The notes under the pieces were generated by a model. That model was given only the letters and a program-made list of their open reading frames with translations. It was not told where the DNA came from and ran no database searches. From the IMG/VR virus record IMGVR_UViG_3300021963_000106, positions 4,968 through 68,967 of that record: 64,000 nt of DNA; one strand, 5' to 3'. Both the position numbers and the translations under genes were made by a program. Origin of the DNA: a virus. Positions 31,101 to 41,278 of this stretch are shown here, one piece after another (positions within the stretch are counted from its first letter, which is position 1; every line of letters begins with the position of its first letter).

Positions 31101-34100
31101 TTCCCTTTGTATTTTTGATAATTCTGATTTCATTGTTGTTTATATCATAAGACAATAAAATATCATTTACCACTTTTGAAGTAGTTCCATCAATAACAAC
31201 CAAATCTGGTGCAATTGAATAATTCTTACCAACCGAACTAATTCCAATCTCTTTAAAAGATGCTAGATTATTCAGTTTTAATAGTTGTGGTAGAAGAGCA
31301 ACGGGTCTTACAGAGGAATCAATTGAATAGTCAAATCCAATATCTTCTATTTCATAAGAAGAAATATTTCCAATGTCCTCACTGACAGGATAAACAATCG
31401 CATTTGATCCATAAGTGGAAAATACGGAAGTTATGCCAGGAAGAGATTTGTAATTTGAACCTAAATTCTTAACAGAAAACTCATTAATCTCACCTAAAGC
31501 ACTCAGTGATTTTGTTGTATATTCAATTTTAGCTTCTGTTGGAAGGTAAGAATTTTTTTCTGGTTTGTTTAGAATGTTAAATGTGAATGATGTAGTTCCT
31601 ATTCCAACTATTCTATGAGTCCCTGAATAAGAACTATTTTGAACAATCAAAGAGTTGGAGTCAATAACTTCAAAGTCATCTACTATTTCCTTCTTAGTAG
31701 AAGGAGTATTATCAATATCAACGACCGCCAATTTATAATAAAGATTATCGGTAATATTATCGGATAGATTAAGAGTTAATTTTGCTGTAGAATCAACTCC
31801 CACAATACCTTCTCTTACAACTTCAAAACTATTTTGTTTTAATGTAGATTTGAATTCATTAATAAAGTTTCTATCATAGTATAATTTTAAATCAAACGCT
31901 GGAATTTTTGTGGAATTTTTTGTATAAGATAAAGAAGAATCTGACAAGTCAAAAATTACAGGTTGATTCCTAATAATAGTAATAGGGGGATTTACTGAAT
32001 ATAAAGTGCCAGAAGAAGAACTAATAATATTAATTTCTCTGGGATTACTTAATGTTGCATTATAGTAACTTGATGATAATTTAATATTATTTTCATCTAC
32101 AACAACCACATAGTAAATTTTTTCATTTTCAAGACCTCCCGAAGGAGATGTGGATGTATGTATTACTTTTTGTCCATCAATATATCCATGACTATCGATA
32201 CGAATAGTGTTGTTTAAAATATTAACGTTTCCGGAAGCAAAAGTTTTGGGATTTGCTACAAGTCTTCTATTTGTATCATTATATGATATTGCATATGTTG
32301 TAGAAATTCCAGAAACACACTTAATGTTTACTGTGTCATTTAAAGACAATCCATGGGTAGTTGCAGTTGATACTACTACTTTATTTTTGAGAACGTTTCC
32401 AGTTAAAACATTACTATAAATTGTTTTAAATGAGTGATTATTTCCGGATCCAATACCAGTAAAATAAAGTGTACTAACATTTACACTACTATTAATTCCA
32501 ACAAAGGTTCCAGTTGATCCCAATCCAACTTGTTGAGTCGAAATTCCAATAAGATCATTTGAAATTCTTGCAGCGTATACAACTTGACCTTCAGATAACT
32601 GAGTTGAATTAATTCCATCAGTAGAAATTGATACTGATGTTCCTCCATTTGTGGAGTAGATTAATTGAACTCCCGTTTGTAAATTGTGATCTTTTAAATA
32701 AATTGACTTAGTTGGAACAAATAGAGAAGTTACTCCCACTCCAGGATTCGAGAAATAAATTGTATTTCCAATACCAACTCCAGATATTGTTCCAATCCCT
32801 AAAGATTCTGATGGATCAAAGTAAATGGTTTTATTCAGTGAGTATGAAGAACTTGAAGTTGTAACACCAACATCAACTGTAAACTTCCTTGTTTTCTCAT
32901 ACAACACAGTTGATGCACTATGAGAAGTTCCAACAGTATTATTATATGATCTTAAAACTTTAATTCTAGAAGATATTGAATCAATGGATAAAACCTTTAC
33001 AAGTTCGGAATCTATTTGGAAAATATCATTAACATTAATGTATGGATAAGTTAGGGTTCCATATACATTGAAATATGTGACTATACCAGTAGATACTGAA
33101 GAACCTATTGATGATTGTAAAACAAAATTATTAGTACTAACGCCAATTGTAAAATTACCATCGAGACCACTATTATCTGTACTTAATCCACTAATTCTTA
33201 CAAAATCTCTATTTGATAAATTATGTGGAGAAGTTGCAAAACCAATAAATTTATTATTAGATGTAAATGGAACGAATTCAACTTCGTTCGCAGTTGTAGT
33301 TTCTGTGATTAAAGAATTTATCTTTTTGCCTTTTATACTAGAAACAACTGCAGCTGCGTTAAATCCTTCTGTTCCTGTATTGTCAAATATTATTGGATTG
33401 TTTACACTATAGTTGTTACCTCCAGAAGAAATCCCAATGGATGAGATTTTTCCTGATTTTGCGTATCTAACTTTAGTGTTTTGATTTTTAATTTTATTGG
33501 GATAATTTAAAAATCTATAATCACTATTAGATGAATTTATATTATATGGTGAAGTATTTCTTAACCAACCTGTTTTAATTAAATCAACTTCATCTTGGTT
33601 TGAAGAAACATTATAGTTGTAATCAATTGGTTTAGACTTATATTCATTTCCTATAAAATATGGAAATACTGGTCTCTTATAATTTTTAAATGGACCACTT
33701 GATTGGACATTTGTATCAATAGTGGAAAAATATGCATAAACTCCATTTGGAAATTCTGGAGTTATACAGAATCTGCCATTAAATTCATCAAGATCTCCTG
33801 TTGATTTATATTCATAATCCTCTACAAAAAATCCAGATGGATAGATTGAAGAACTTGGTCTTGAATTTAAATTGGAAAGTCCATAACCAGTAGATAACTG
33901 TTTTATTACTCCTCCAGTTTCCGATGAATAACCATATGGTCCATAAATTGGATTTCCATCATAAGCCCATCCAATAATTGGAGAGTGTGATGTGGAATTG
34001 ATTTCTCTATTATTTTGTATGATAAGATCAGGAATATATGTCTTTACTCCATTGACTAGTCTAGTTGTTGTAACAGACTGTCTTAACTTTCTTGGAGAGT

Positions 34101-37100
34101 ATGAATGTCCATACTCTAATCCATAGGAACTATTAATACTGGTATCAACAATTCCATCATCATCTGTTATTTGATTTGATTGAATACATCTTTCAACTAA
34201 ATTGACTGTCCATTGTTTTGGTTGGAAGTTTAAATTTGCTCCAGATCCTGGAGAAATTACTTCAATTTTAACACTGTCGGTTCCATATCCTACACCACCA
34301 TAAACAACTTTAACTTCCGTTAGTACACCATCTTGTACTACTGGTGTTAAAATAGCACCAACCCCCATTCCTTGGACTATAAGTTGCAAGTCGGGTGGAG
34401 CATTATAATTACTACCTCCATCAAGAACAACAACTTCTGTAATTTTTCCATCATTTATTACAGGAACTGCGGAAGCACCAGAACCAGAATTTAAAGTGTA
34501 TGAAGGTTGTCTATTGTAATTCAGAATTTCTTCTGATCCATAGTTTTTTCCACCATCAGAGACAAAAACAGATTTTATTGGCCCTCTGAAGATCGGTTGA
34601 AGAACAGCATCAAATTTTTGTCCTGTTCTAGTTGAAACTCCAATCTCACCAGATACTGTGACAACTATTGGTTGATGATTGAATATATGAGTTCCTACTC
34701 CAACGGAAGTCAATGAAACATACTGAGAAGTGTCAAAGTAGAAATATTTTGAAATTGATCCAACACCAATGTTTGATAACTTAAATGAGTTATCATCAAC
34801 TTTAGTCAAGTAGTATAACTCATTATTTGTTAGGCCACCAACTGGTGTACCCTCACTTTGATATTGAATTACTTCACCATCAATATATCCGTGATTTTCA
34901 ATTCTTATTAAACTATTAAAAGTATCAATTCCAACAGCTGTTGTAGTTGTTTTTCTATTCTTATACGCAATACCTCTATCAACTACACTAACACTTCCAA
35001 TTTTATTTTTTAAATTTACACATTTAAATTGATGTACACCGTTTCCATGCAAATTAATATCAATTGTATTAATTCCTACTATAGCATCATCATAATTTTT
35101 ATGTAATTTGATTGTATATTGGTCTTGAACAGATGCATAATAAGTCGAATTTGTGGAAAGACCACCAATTCCTTTTTGTCCAAATGTTTCATATACTATT
35201 TTTTCACCATCTCTAAATTTATGATAACTAGAAAATCCTACAGTATTATTTGTAAGATTGACTAATCCAGAACTAGAATCTGCATTTAAATCTACAGAAT
35301 ATTCAAATGTAAGTAAATTTGCTTTAGCTTTGGCTTCAAATCCGTTACCACCAATAATATTGATGATAGGTTCAGTCACATAATCAAATCCACCATCAAT
35401 AACATCTACTCTGTCTAAAATTCCATGTACTTCACAGAATCCTTTAGCACTAGATCCAGTAGAATCTTCAATTGATAGTGTTGGGGGATTAATCGCATCA
35501 TATCCATCTCCTTCTGCGATTACATCTATAGATTCTATAGGTCCATAATATACAGCGTCTTTTGACTTGTAATTTAAAATTTCAACACCATTTATCAAAA
35601 TGCCAACTGGACCAGGTTCAGTTGAATAAATTAGAGAGTCACTTACTGGGTTTGAGACTTTTCTTAAAAGTTTTTGTGGTTGTATTTTCTTTGAATAGAA
35701 ATTGTATAATTCAATTTTATTATTTAAAACTGTACCACTAAGATTAATAAACTTACCATTATGAATATTTGCTCTACTGTATGCAAGTTTAATGGTTGTA
35801 TTGTTTATTTTTTTAACAAAATATATTCCAGATTCAATATTTAAAGAATTTGTTTCACTTCCTGCAGAGTAAAATACTGCATCTCCGGTATAAAATCCAT
35901 GAGATCCTATATTTAATTCTTCTCCAGTAAAAGATCCAGAGAAAGTTATAGATCTATCCGTTACTGATAAATCTTGACCAAGATAATTTGGTAATGAGTT
36001 AGATGTTACAATTAAATCATTATTATTATCTACATAAACGTTTTGAACGTTTGAAGTATAAACGTTCAACTCTGGATAATTTTTAAATTTAACTTTCGAT
36101 ATTAACTTCTCTACCGTATATAAGATAGATGGATTTAGAATACGACCTGCATTAACTATAAATGTATTCTTGGAAATTATATTTGATACTGTTAAAGTTA
36201 AATCAATCTCATTAGAAACTAATTTAACATTATCGCCGATTAATATATTTGAATTATCTACGGTTGTAATGCTATAAGAATAATTTGAAATATCAAGTAA
36301 AGAAATATTTTTAACGTTGTATTTTACTGGAATATTGAAAAACCAGTTATTTTCTTTAAGATTTGTTGTTTCTTTTCCTAGTGTTTTAATTCTGATGATA
36401 GAATCTTCAGAATAATATCTATTTGTTTGTGGAATATTGAGTTGAGATAAAACTCCAGTTACTTTAACTTTTACTGGATTATTTGTTGTTAGTCCAACAT
36501 AACCATATGCGTATGAATCATCAGAAATCTCTTGGCCTGCCAATAAATCTTGAGATATTCCTGAACAATTAAAAAATTGTGTCAGTGACTTTGATTCATA
36601 GGTTATTGTATTGGATGTTCCATTTGGTAAATATGCAATTAAAGAACCACTAGTACCAAAACCAACTGTTGAATCTACATCTAAAACATTATTTCCAATA
36701 ATAGCATTTGAAGTTAATTTAGTTTTGGGATGTATTGAAAAATCACCAAAAATAGATCCAGAAACACTGATATCTTTATTATAATCATAATCTAAACTTA
36801 AAACATAATATTCTTTATCTCCTCTGACAAGTTTTTCAACTTTAGTTACTGATCCGTAAGCTTTTTTGATAAAATCCGTTTCATCCTGAAATAAAGTTCT
36901 ATTTTCAAGATCTAATGGGTTTCCTTCAATTGATTCTACAACAATATCTTTAGTTACGCGATATTGTGCGTCTGATGGTTTGAAGAGATAATCTCTTGGT
37001 TTGATTACCTCTACATTTTCACCATATAATGCTCCAAATAAAATCTTAAAGGAATTATCTGTACCCTTTGATGAATAAAAATCTTTTGTTTGTTTTAAGA

Positions 37101-37659
37101 ATAATCTTTCATTTAAATCAGAATCAAATTCTCTATCTTCAAATCCTGGAGCAATTTGATATTTGATCTTTTTGAAAAATTCTTTTAAGAAAAGAACACT
37201 TAAATTTTCTACGACAGATTCATTAGAATGTTCAGAAACTTCTGATTCCGAAAATACAAGATGATCTGTCTGTAAATTGGATCTATATGAGGTTATACCA
37301 CTAAATCCTCTAATACACCCATTAAAAGATGTTGGAGTTTTTGATGTGTAAGTAATAATCTCAGAGTCTATTTTAATTAGACCATAAGACTCCGGAAATC
37401 CATCAGTATTAGTTACTGGGATTACATCATCAAAAAAAGATATTGAATTCGTTGTAGTTGTAGATTCAACAAGATTAGTTAATTCATCTAATTTTGAATA
37501 TATGTCAATATTTTGTAAAATATCAAGAGATCCGCTTTGAAATTCTAGTCCTTCATAATATTGAGTTAAAAATTCTTCAACTAAAGGAAATTCTTCCTTT
37601 ACAAATAAAGGAAGTTGATTTTTTACAACTGAACTAATCTTAATTCTTGTATCTACCAT
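25165..37659 (-). CDS. gp7: Giant baseplate wedge protein (4164 aa)
   Basis: N-terminal QLP.FV..E, FYSSKGT..SFKILF; HSPIIGWAYDGNPIYGPYG; H.AGFKKF; located between gp6 and gp8. Confidence 0.85.
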   Translation of the reverse strand: MVDTRIKISSVVKNQLPLFVKEEFPLVEEFLTQYYEGLEFQSGSLDILQNIDIYSKLDELTNLVESTTTTNSISFFDDVIPVTNTDGFPESYGLIKIDSEIITYTSKTPTSFNGCIRGFSGITSYRSNLQTDHLVFSESEVSEHSNESVVENLSVLFLKEFFKKIKYQIAPGFEDREFDSDLNERLFLKQTKDFYSSKGTDNSFKILFGALYGENVEVIKPRDYLFKPSDAQYRVTKDIVVESIEGNPLDLENRTLFQDETDFIKKAYGSVTKVEKLVRGDKEYYVLSLDYDYNKDISVSGSIFGDFSIHPKTKLTSNAIIGNNVLDVDSTVGFGTSGSLIAYLPNGTSNTITYESKSLTQFFNCSGISQDLLAGQEISDDSYAYGYVGLTTNNPVKVKVTGVLSQLNIPQTNRYYSEDSIIRIKTLGKETTNLKENNWFFNIPVKYNVKNISLLDISNYSYSITTVDNSNILIGDNVKLVSNEIDLTLTVSNIISKNTFIVNAGRILNPSILYTVEKLISKVKFKNYPELNVYTSNVQNVYVDNNNDLIVTSNSLPNYLGQDLSVTDRSITFSGSFTGEELNIGSHGFYTGDAVFYSAGSETNSLNIESGIYFVKKINNTTIKLAYSRANIHNGKFINLSGTVLNNKIELYNFYSKKIQPQKLLRKVSNPVSDSLIYSTEPGPVGILINGVEILNYKSKDAVYYGPIESIDVIAEGDGYDAINPPTLSIEDSTGSSAKGFCEVHGILDRVDVIDGGFDYVTEPIINIIGGNGFEAKAKANLLTFEYSVDLNADSSSGLVNLTNNTVGFSSYHKFRDGEKIVYETFGQKGIGGLSTNSTYYASVQDQYTIKLHKNYDDAIVGINTIDINLHGNGVHQFKCVNLKNKIGSVSVVDRGIAYKNRKTTTTAVGIDTFNSLIRIENHGYIDGEVIQYQSEGTPVGGLTNNELYYLTKVDDNSFKLSNIGVGSISKYFYFDTSQYVSLTSVGVGTHIFNHQPIVVTVSGEIGVSTRTGQKFDAVLQPIFRGPIKSVFVSDGGKNYGSEEILNYNRQPSYTLNSGSGASAVPVINDGKITEVVVLDGGSNYNAPPDLQLIVQGMGVGAILTPVVQDGVLTEVKVVYGGVGYGTDSVKIEVISPGSGANLNFQPKQWTVNLVERCIQSNQITDDDGIVDTSINSSYGLEYGHSYSPRKLRQSVTTTRLVNGVKTYIPDLIIQNNREINSTSHSPIIGWAYDGNPIYGPYGYSSETGGVIKQLSTGYGLSNLNSRPSSSIYPSGFFVEDYEYKSTGDLDEFNGRFCITPEFPNGVYAYFSTIDTNVQSSGPFKNYKRPVFPYFIGNEYKSKPIDYNYNVSSNQDEVDLIKTGWLRNTSPYNINSSNSDYRFLNYPNKIKNQNTKVRYAKSGKISSIGISSGGNNYSVNNPIIFDNTGTEGFNAAAVVSSIKGKKINSLITETTTANEVEFVPFTSNNKFIGFATSPHNLSNRDFVRISGLSTDNSGLDGNFTIGVSTNNFVLQSSIGSSVSTGIVTYFNVYGTLTYPYINVNDIFQIDSELVKVLSIDSISSRIKVLRSYNNTVGTSHSASTVLYEKTRKFTVDVGVTTSSSSYSLNKTIYFDPSESLGIGTISGVGIGNTIYFSNPGVGVTSLFVPTKSIYLKDHNLQTGVQLIYSTNGGTSVSISTDGINSTQLSEGQVVYAARISNDLIGISTQQVGLGSTGTFVGINSSVNVSTLYFTGIGSGNNHSFKTIYSNVLTGNVLKNKVVVSTATTHGLSLNDTVNIKCVSGISTTYAISYNDTNRRLVANPKTFASGNVNILNNTIRIDSHGYIDGQKVIHTSTSPSGGLENEKIYYVVVVDENNIKLSSSYYNATLSNPREINIISSSSGTLYSVNPPITIIRNQPVIFDLSDSSLSYTKNSTKIPAFDLKLYYDRNFINEFKSTLKQNSFEVVREGIVGVDSTAKLTLNLSDNITDNLYYKLAVVDIDNTPSTKKEIVDDFEVIDSNSLIVQNSSYSGTHRIVGIGTTSFTFNILNKPEKNSYLPTEAKIEYTTKSLSALGEINEFSVKNLGSNYKSLPGITSVFSTYGSNAIVYPVSEDIGNISSYEIEDIGFDYSIDSSVRPVALLPQLLKLNNLASFKEIGISSVGKNYSIAPDLVVIDGTTSKVVNDILLSYDINNNEIRIIKNTKGISNSKPRIVPINNSNGVGISSIIFDNVTKDVTVGLAVSYSSSSDYPFAVGDKVLVENTSVGVGSTSRGYNSVAYNYSLFTITSIDPNIGGANGTITYSLKDYLRSNENPGIFNATNSAGIIVPEKYFPIFNPVLQKNEFLLGETVRSQNSSGVVENWDSRNDILTISSSQNFEVGDFIIGSTSDSQSTISSIETFECDYVVSSSSIVRKGWNLESGFLNNGLQRLHDNDYYQYFSYSIKSKVEYEKWNDTVSSLNHTAGFKKFSDLIIDSKDDANTGINTEQNKGDFTGLADIISVIDVNCVNDFDLATEKTLNVTPSISKEVIFRTKILQDYIESIGNRVLKIDDISKDFNSNPRSTPFSVIDSFNLEDARSLKVITYVRDKRFTSERQILLVTLFADNSNAYINQYGRVETVADMGSFDYEVSGTEGVIKFYPVDYTVNNFDISHASYNIKDIASGIGTLDLGSTVQIKTSNLTIPSGTSSTTTIVGIASTYRASKLLVELSNANNSYCEFNEFTVLHDGTNVELLEYGRLNTGTGYGIGTFGASLSGSNLILDFTPNTSLASTITVDSVRISIASTQSTGVGTVRMNSTSLNSFYTAIGSTSSPTSNVISSYSDPHSCAYYVVCVEDTTNNEYQVSEVIVVDDGSTASITEFGEILTSNTLGTIGAGVTNGTTELYFTPIPNINTQVRVFQNSLRTVDDTNTLTLIDLNNATINSGSGNYRGTFNDIKRSFDLTHNLSPIFKKVFDGSDSNIVEVDQNTITIPNHFYVSGEEVTYVNPGYGSSQAIGISTVDTGIVGIGTTDKLPSTVYIVKVDDLKIKLASSAQNALKSTPIVYDFTSVGIGTTHTFLAKNQNSRVIVGIDNVIQSPIVSTSVTTTVVQNISSIDDVVKFAGITSIFGGDLVKVNNEIMKIRSVGFGSTNSFLVDREWMGTGLSTHASGSLVTKIYGNYNIVENTINFASPPYGAIPIGTVTNPPSERDYSGITTSSSFSGRSFLRSSIKNSSIEPYSKNYVYDDISSKFTGITTEFRLTSSGNNVGGISTSNAIVLINQIFQQPQRPGGLINIEGNYTLRESVGITSIQFTGSITSTSSDINTSNVPTGGIIVSVGSSAGFGYQPLVSAGGTAVVSGLGTISSISIGNSGSGYRSGIQTVNVGVYTGGLGIVDVHYVGVATVVNGHVTGVSITNPGTGYTTTNPPLVYFDYPLSYTNLPVVYSSSSVQGSGSNATVDIVVGQGSSVIDFEIKNLGYGYGQGEILTVSIGGTVGIPTNTSIPFNEFQIFVDKVQNDEFSAWSIGDLQVIDSLDELFDGVTRSFPIKINGQQTSIRTKFGSNISVEDTLLVFINDILQVPGDSYTFAGGSYITFLSAPKSGDKSNIIFYRGTGDVDTLNVDILETVKPGDTIRLNDDNISFKENSRIVTNVNSTDSVFTNPYLGPGISLNETYPRPLIWCRQTEDKFIEGKFVAKDRVQYEPLVQPVTNLIQSVGVGSTVFFVENVKTFFDNNKENTTNQFRSKIRIISQDLIVGASATAVVSSAGTISSIVISEGGVGYTTSPSVSISNPTNTFIPATGSIESISYSNNGTVGMTTYFSGDVDDTSWNITLPFEIDFLGSRYSNVYLGSNGYITFGGGSAQYSGILPNSPSLPGIHINPGDRRVTNIYTLSYGSNYRIRVEGYNYSSSPSSTPFKYEIIFTSGQNYIEINLVQISSNVIGGITDGRQTQYISQFRSASENSYRFYTSSFSLNQYRNNAIASASISSGIVTSITLTNPGSGYTNTNPPSVLIEQPGASGYYEDIENVSYTGDFGIISGINTVSVGVASTGIVFDLFIPTNSYLRDSSIVGSAITVSGIQTGYYFVVNRSNVGNGLTSLYQNGSVIGFGTSFIDNVYEVASVSIAQTAVPGVGITAVAKVTVSVKGYNGLSGIGYSNFYGEYSWGRIEASNRIGAKSFNVYNNALLGISTSPLIERVNPLRYLNYN

Positions 37660-37663
37660 ATCT

Positions 37664-39580
37664 TTATGATCTTACTAAAATCCCGTTTGAGTAACTTGAT
37701 GTAGTTTGATATGTTGAACCAGAAATATCTGATCCAGATGCAATATCATCTGATAACATATTCAAAACACTGTTATTAATATCTAGTTGCAAATAAAGAT
37801 CCTGTAATCCAATGACATCATTGGACTTTGGAATCGCTGAAATTTGAATAATCGACTCTGATCCAGATTTTTTAGATGTATTTGTGAATATTACTGGATT
37901 TAGTAATATTTCTCCCTTTTCATAATCAATAGTTCCAGCAGATTTTACAACAACTTCACCCTGAGTATCTGATATCTTTTTAAAGAAGAAAATAACTCCA
38001 GTAGTACCTCCCACATTTGGAGTATCAGACATGTATAACGTATCTGATACTCCAGAAACATTAAATCCTGAAGATTTAATGTTGTATCCATTAGAATCTT
38101 TCACATGAAATGGATTTCCATAACAAATTTCATATTCTGCTAAAGTATTTAATCTAGCAGAAAGATCTCTTCGTATAATTACCTTTGTAATATTAGAAGT
38201 GACTGATTCGTGACTGTCATCAATTATTTTTTGGAACTTACTATACTTGAATCTAGCACCATATTTGTTTAACTCTGACGAATTTGCATATTTTGTAATA
38301 TTATCCGAAATTATTGATTTTACAAAATCTGGACCAGTAGCAAGATTTTGATTATAATATGCAGTTGTGTTTACTTCTACAAATAAGTACTTTAAATCTA
38401 TAATTTCTGGTACAATTCCAGCAACACTATACTTTCTTAGAATTCTTTTTAAGTTATCTTTAATGGAGTTTGGAATGAATTGTCCATAAAATGGTTTTAT
38501 GGAAATAAAGACTTTTCCATACTGTGGTGGATTTAAATCTTCTCCGCCATATACGGATATTGATTGAGTTTCTGGATAAATCTTTGGAATCAATGTTTCA
38601 TAGTCAGTTGAAGTTACTGCTCTGTTTTGAGAAGCATAAATTCTTGGAGCATAATTTTTGACTGATTGAACAGATTCAATTTCCTTTCCTCCTTGGGAAG
38701 GTGACGTTGTAGTAATAAGAGAAATTCCGTTACTTACCAAATTTCCGTTATTATCTAATATTCTTCCATTAAATGTAAAGGAGGAAACACCATTACCAGA
38801 TTCACCATTAGTTGTAATATATGAAACTTCAATGAAATTTAAACTTTGAAGTTTTTCTCCAAATATTCCATCACCAAATATCAATTCATATCTTTGATCT
38901 TCAATTTCTTGTAAAAAGAAAACTCTAGATGTTGAAGTTACCTCAAATAAATTATCAGATAAAATAAATTTCTTTAATATACTACTTGATTGAGTATTTC
39001 TAACCGATACTGAAATTGTTGAAGTATCAATATTTGCGTTATCTAGAATATATCTTTGTGGTGGAGCAGGATTTTCTGACTCTACAGTAAAATTAGAAGT
39101 TAAAAACGTTCCTTCATAAACCTGAATATCATTAAAAAATGCGATTCCATTTACAACAGGTACAGTTGTATCTTCAGGAATCGCAAAGGTATAACTTTCT
39201 CCACCAAAAGCTGCAGATGAAGTACAAACAATACCTTTTTTGAGTGTTAGTGTTAGTGGTTTAGTGGAAAGAGTTGAAGTATCAACAAAGAATGAAATTA
39301 GTGCTTTTGCAGAAGTTCTTGATCTTGGAACGTAACCAATACTTCTTGCTAAAGAAACAACGTTTTCCCTTAAAGTAGCACTATCAATAAAAACCTCATT
39401 GCTAATCATATTAGCATTATATGAGGAAATATATGTATTATAAGCTAAAACGTCTATTAAAGTTGAAAGATTAGATCCTTCGAAGTCATAGTCACTAAAA
39501 TTCGAATTCGATCTTAGATAATCTCTGATCGAAGTCTTAATTTGATCAAAATCTAGATTTGTGAAATTTACTAATGCCAT
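37664..39580 (-). CDS. gp6: Baseplate wedge subunit
   Basis: LDFDQIK, DYDFEGS, QNRAVTSTDY, PPQYGKVFISIKP. Confidence 0.96.
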   Translation of the reverse strand: MALVNFTNLDFDQIKTSIRDYLRSNSNFSDYDFEGSNLSTLIDVLAYNTYISSYNANMISNEVFIDSATLRENVVSLARSIGYVPRSRTSAKALISFFVDTSTLSTKPLTLTLKKGIVCTSSAAFGGESYTFAIPEDTTVPVVNGIAFFNDIQVYEGTFLTSNFTVESENPAPPQRYILDNANIDTSTISVSVRNTQSSSILKKFILSDNLFEVTSTSRVFFLQEIEDQRYELIFGDGIFGEKLQSLNFIEVSYITTNGESGNGVSSFTFNGRILDNNGNLVSNGISLITTTSPSQGGKEIESVQSVKNYAPRIYASQNRAVTSTDYETLIPKIYPETQSISVYGGEDLNPPQYGKVFISIKPFYGQFIPNSIKDNLKRILRKYSVAGIVPEIIDLKYLFVEVNTTAYYNQNLATGPDFVKSIISDNITKYANSSELNKYGARFKYSKFQKIIDDSHESVTSNITKVIIRRDLSARLNTLAEYEICYGNPFHVKDSNGYNIKSSGFNVSGVSDTLYMSDTPNVGGTTGVIFFFKKISDTQGEVVVKSAGTIDYEKGEILLNPVIFTNTSKKSGSESIIQISAIPKSNDVIGLQDLYLQLDINNSVLNMLSDDIASGSDISGSTYQTTSSYSNGILVRS

Positions 39581-39981
39581 TATCGTGTTGGCTGTAGTGC
39601 AAATGATAACTGTTGAGGAAGAACATCAATTCCAACAATATTATAATTAACGGTAACATTAAAATTATTGTTATCATAATCTGGGTCAACGATTACCTCG
39701 ATTAAATTGACCCTAGGTTCATAGTTATTGATAGTGTTTTCTATTTCATCCTTAATGATCGATGCGGAAATATCATCAATGTTTTCAAAAAGAGAACGAC
39801 TTACTTTTGAACCCAAGTTTTGATTAAAAAATCTCTCTCCTGGGTAAGTAAGTACCAAATTTCGAATAGAACGGGCAATTGCAGTCTCATTCTTAATGGC
39901 AATCAAATCATAATTGATCGGATTGATCTGAAATGACATGCTGAGGTCTTTAAACCCCTTACTTACCCGTTCTACAGGCAT
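39580..39981 (-). CDS. gp25: Baseplate wedge subunit
   Basis: AIARSIRNLVLT.PGERFF, I.NYEPRV motifs. Confidence 0.95.
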   Translation of the reverse strand: MPVERVSKGFKDLSMSFQINPINYDLIAIKNETAIARSIRNLVLTYPGERFFNQNLGSKVSRSLFENIDDISASIIKDEIENTINNYEPRVNLIEVIVDPDYDNNNFNVTVNYNIVGIDVLPQQLSFALQPTR

Positions 39982-40007
39982 AAAAAATACAAAATCTGTA
40001 TTATTTA

Positions 40008-40262
40008 TTAGGGATTTTTCGATTCGTAAAGAGGTTCAGTGCCATATTCCCAATCATCATAGTCTTCATCATTCCTAATTTTTTGATGAATTTCATTTTG
40101 ATGATAAAAATCATGTTTTTTGGGAGTCAATTCGTCGTTTGCGATCTCACGAAGCATCTTTTGCTTCTGAATTTGTGTTTCCCAGCCATATTCACTTGAC
40201 AAATACTGAGTTCCCCACTCATTTTTCATAAAATTTTGGTCTTTATCGACTTTTTTGGTCAT
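40008..40262 (-). CDS. Hypothetical protein
   Basis: 84-aa ORF coupled to upstream gene. Confidence 0.7.
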   Translation of the reverse strand: MTKKVDKDQNFMKNEWGTQYLSSEYGWETQIQKQKMLREIANDELTPKKHDFYHQNEIHQKIRNDEDYDDWEYGTEPLYESKNP

Positions 40263-40938
40263 TGTTTGCTCCTGATTCGTTAAAATCAGAACTTTTTACG
40301 GGGTTGCTATCCCGAATTTTTGTAATTTCGTACATAAAATCATCCGAGGTCTCAATTTTACGACGATTTTCGACTGAATATTCTGTTAAATCAATTTCAT
40401 ATCCTGGATTTTTGGTAATTCTATTCTTTGTCCACGCATCATCATACCATAATATCTTATTATTAGGATATGCGTAGAAATTTCCATTGTCCATCTTAAA
40501 AAAGTGAGCACATTTGTGTTCTGGAGTCTCACTGAAATTGGTGTTCAGGGTAGATTTTGATTCCCATGACCAATCAAGAGTGAACATATAAGTTCCTTCG
40601 TTCTTTTCTCCGCGATAATTAATCAATTCAGCACGTAAGTTAGCAAGTCTTGAACGAACTTGAACATCAATATAAGGAGAAAAACAATCCCACCACATAC
40701 ACTCCTCTAACTCAGGAACAGGTGCATCAGGTTTCCAACAAAATGCATGAATAGGTCTTCTTGTCCAATTCACCCCATTCTCAAGAAACGCCTCAAAGAG
40801 GGGTACGTGTTTCTCTAAGGACGCTACAGAGTGTACATCGCATAAAGTTACCTCACCATGGCCTTTTTTGTGATTATACAAAAACTCATTGCGAATGTAA
40901 CAAGTAATAGTTGGAAGATTGTGATTTAAGTATGCCAT
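40243..40938 (-). CDS. Hypothetical protein, 231 aa
   Basis: Long ORF, WDCFS and GNFYAYPNN motifs. Confidence 0.8.
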   Translation of the reverse strand: MAYLNHNLPTITCYIRNEFLYNHKKGHGEVTLCDVHSVASLEKHVPLFEAFLENGVNWTRRPIHAFCWKPDAPVPELEECMWWDCFSPYIDVQVRSRLANLRAELINYRGEKNEGTYMFTLDWSWESKSTLNTNFSETPEHKCAHFFKMDNGNFYAYPNNKILWYDDAWTKNRITKNPGYEIDLTEYSVENRRKIETSDDFMYEITKIRDSNPVKSSDFNESGANNDQKSR

Positions 40939-40948
40939 AAGTAGATAA

Positions 40949-40974
40949 TAAAAAAGCAGGAATTTCTTCCTGCT
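40949..40974 (-). terminator. Intrinsic terminator
   Basis: AGCAGGAA-GAAA-TTCCTGCT followed by T run on minus strand. Confidence 0.75.
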
Positions 40975-40983
40975 CTATCTATA

Positions 40984-41124
40984 TTATTTTCCTTGACCTC
41001 TATACCTTTTCTTACGTCCATTGCGAGAGGTTGCACTCAGTAATGTACGAGCAGAACGTCCTTGACGAGTTTTCTTAGGCGCCCCTGGTTCAAAAATAGT
41101 CTTATTAGATCCACCTTTAGCCAT
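40984..41124 (-). CDS. Small basic protein, 46 aa
   Basis: Manual translation MAKGGSNKTIFEPGAPKKTRQG...RKKRYRGQGK. Confidence 0.7.
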   Translation of the reverse strand: MAKGGSNKTIFEPGAPKKTRQGRSARTLLSATSRNGRKKRYRGQGK

Positions 41125-41278
41125 TTAAGATTTCCTCCATTTCAATTAAGTTTGGATCAATGTCTTCTCCCGAGAAATAACGTTCGGAGAAGTCTTCAAG
41201 AATCTCACTACAGTCTTCTATAGTGAGATTTGTATAAATTTTACGACCTTTGTATAAAAGATTGTAAGTTTTATTCAT
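41117..41278 (-). CDS. Hypothetical protein, 53 aa
   Basis: ATG at 41278 overlaps upstream stop; MNKTYNLLYKGRKIY. Confidence 0.7.
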   Translation of the reverse strand: MNKTYNLLYKGRKIYTNLTIEDCSEILEDFSERYFSGEDIDPNLIEMEEILNG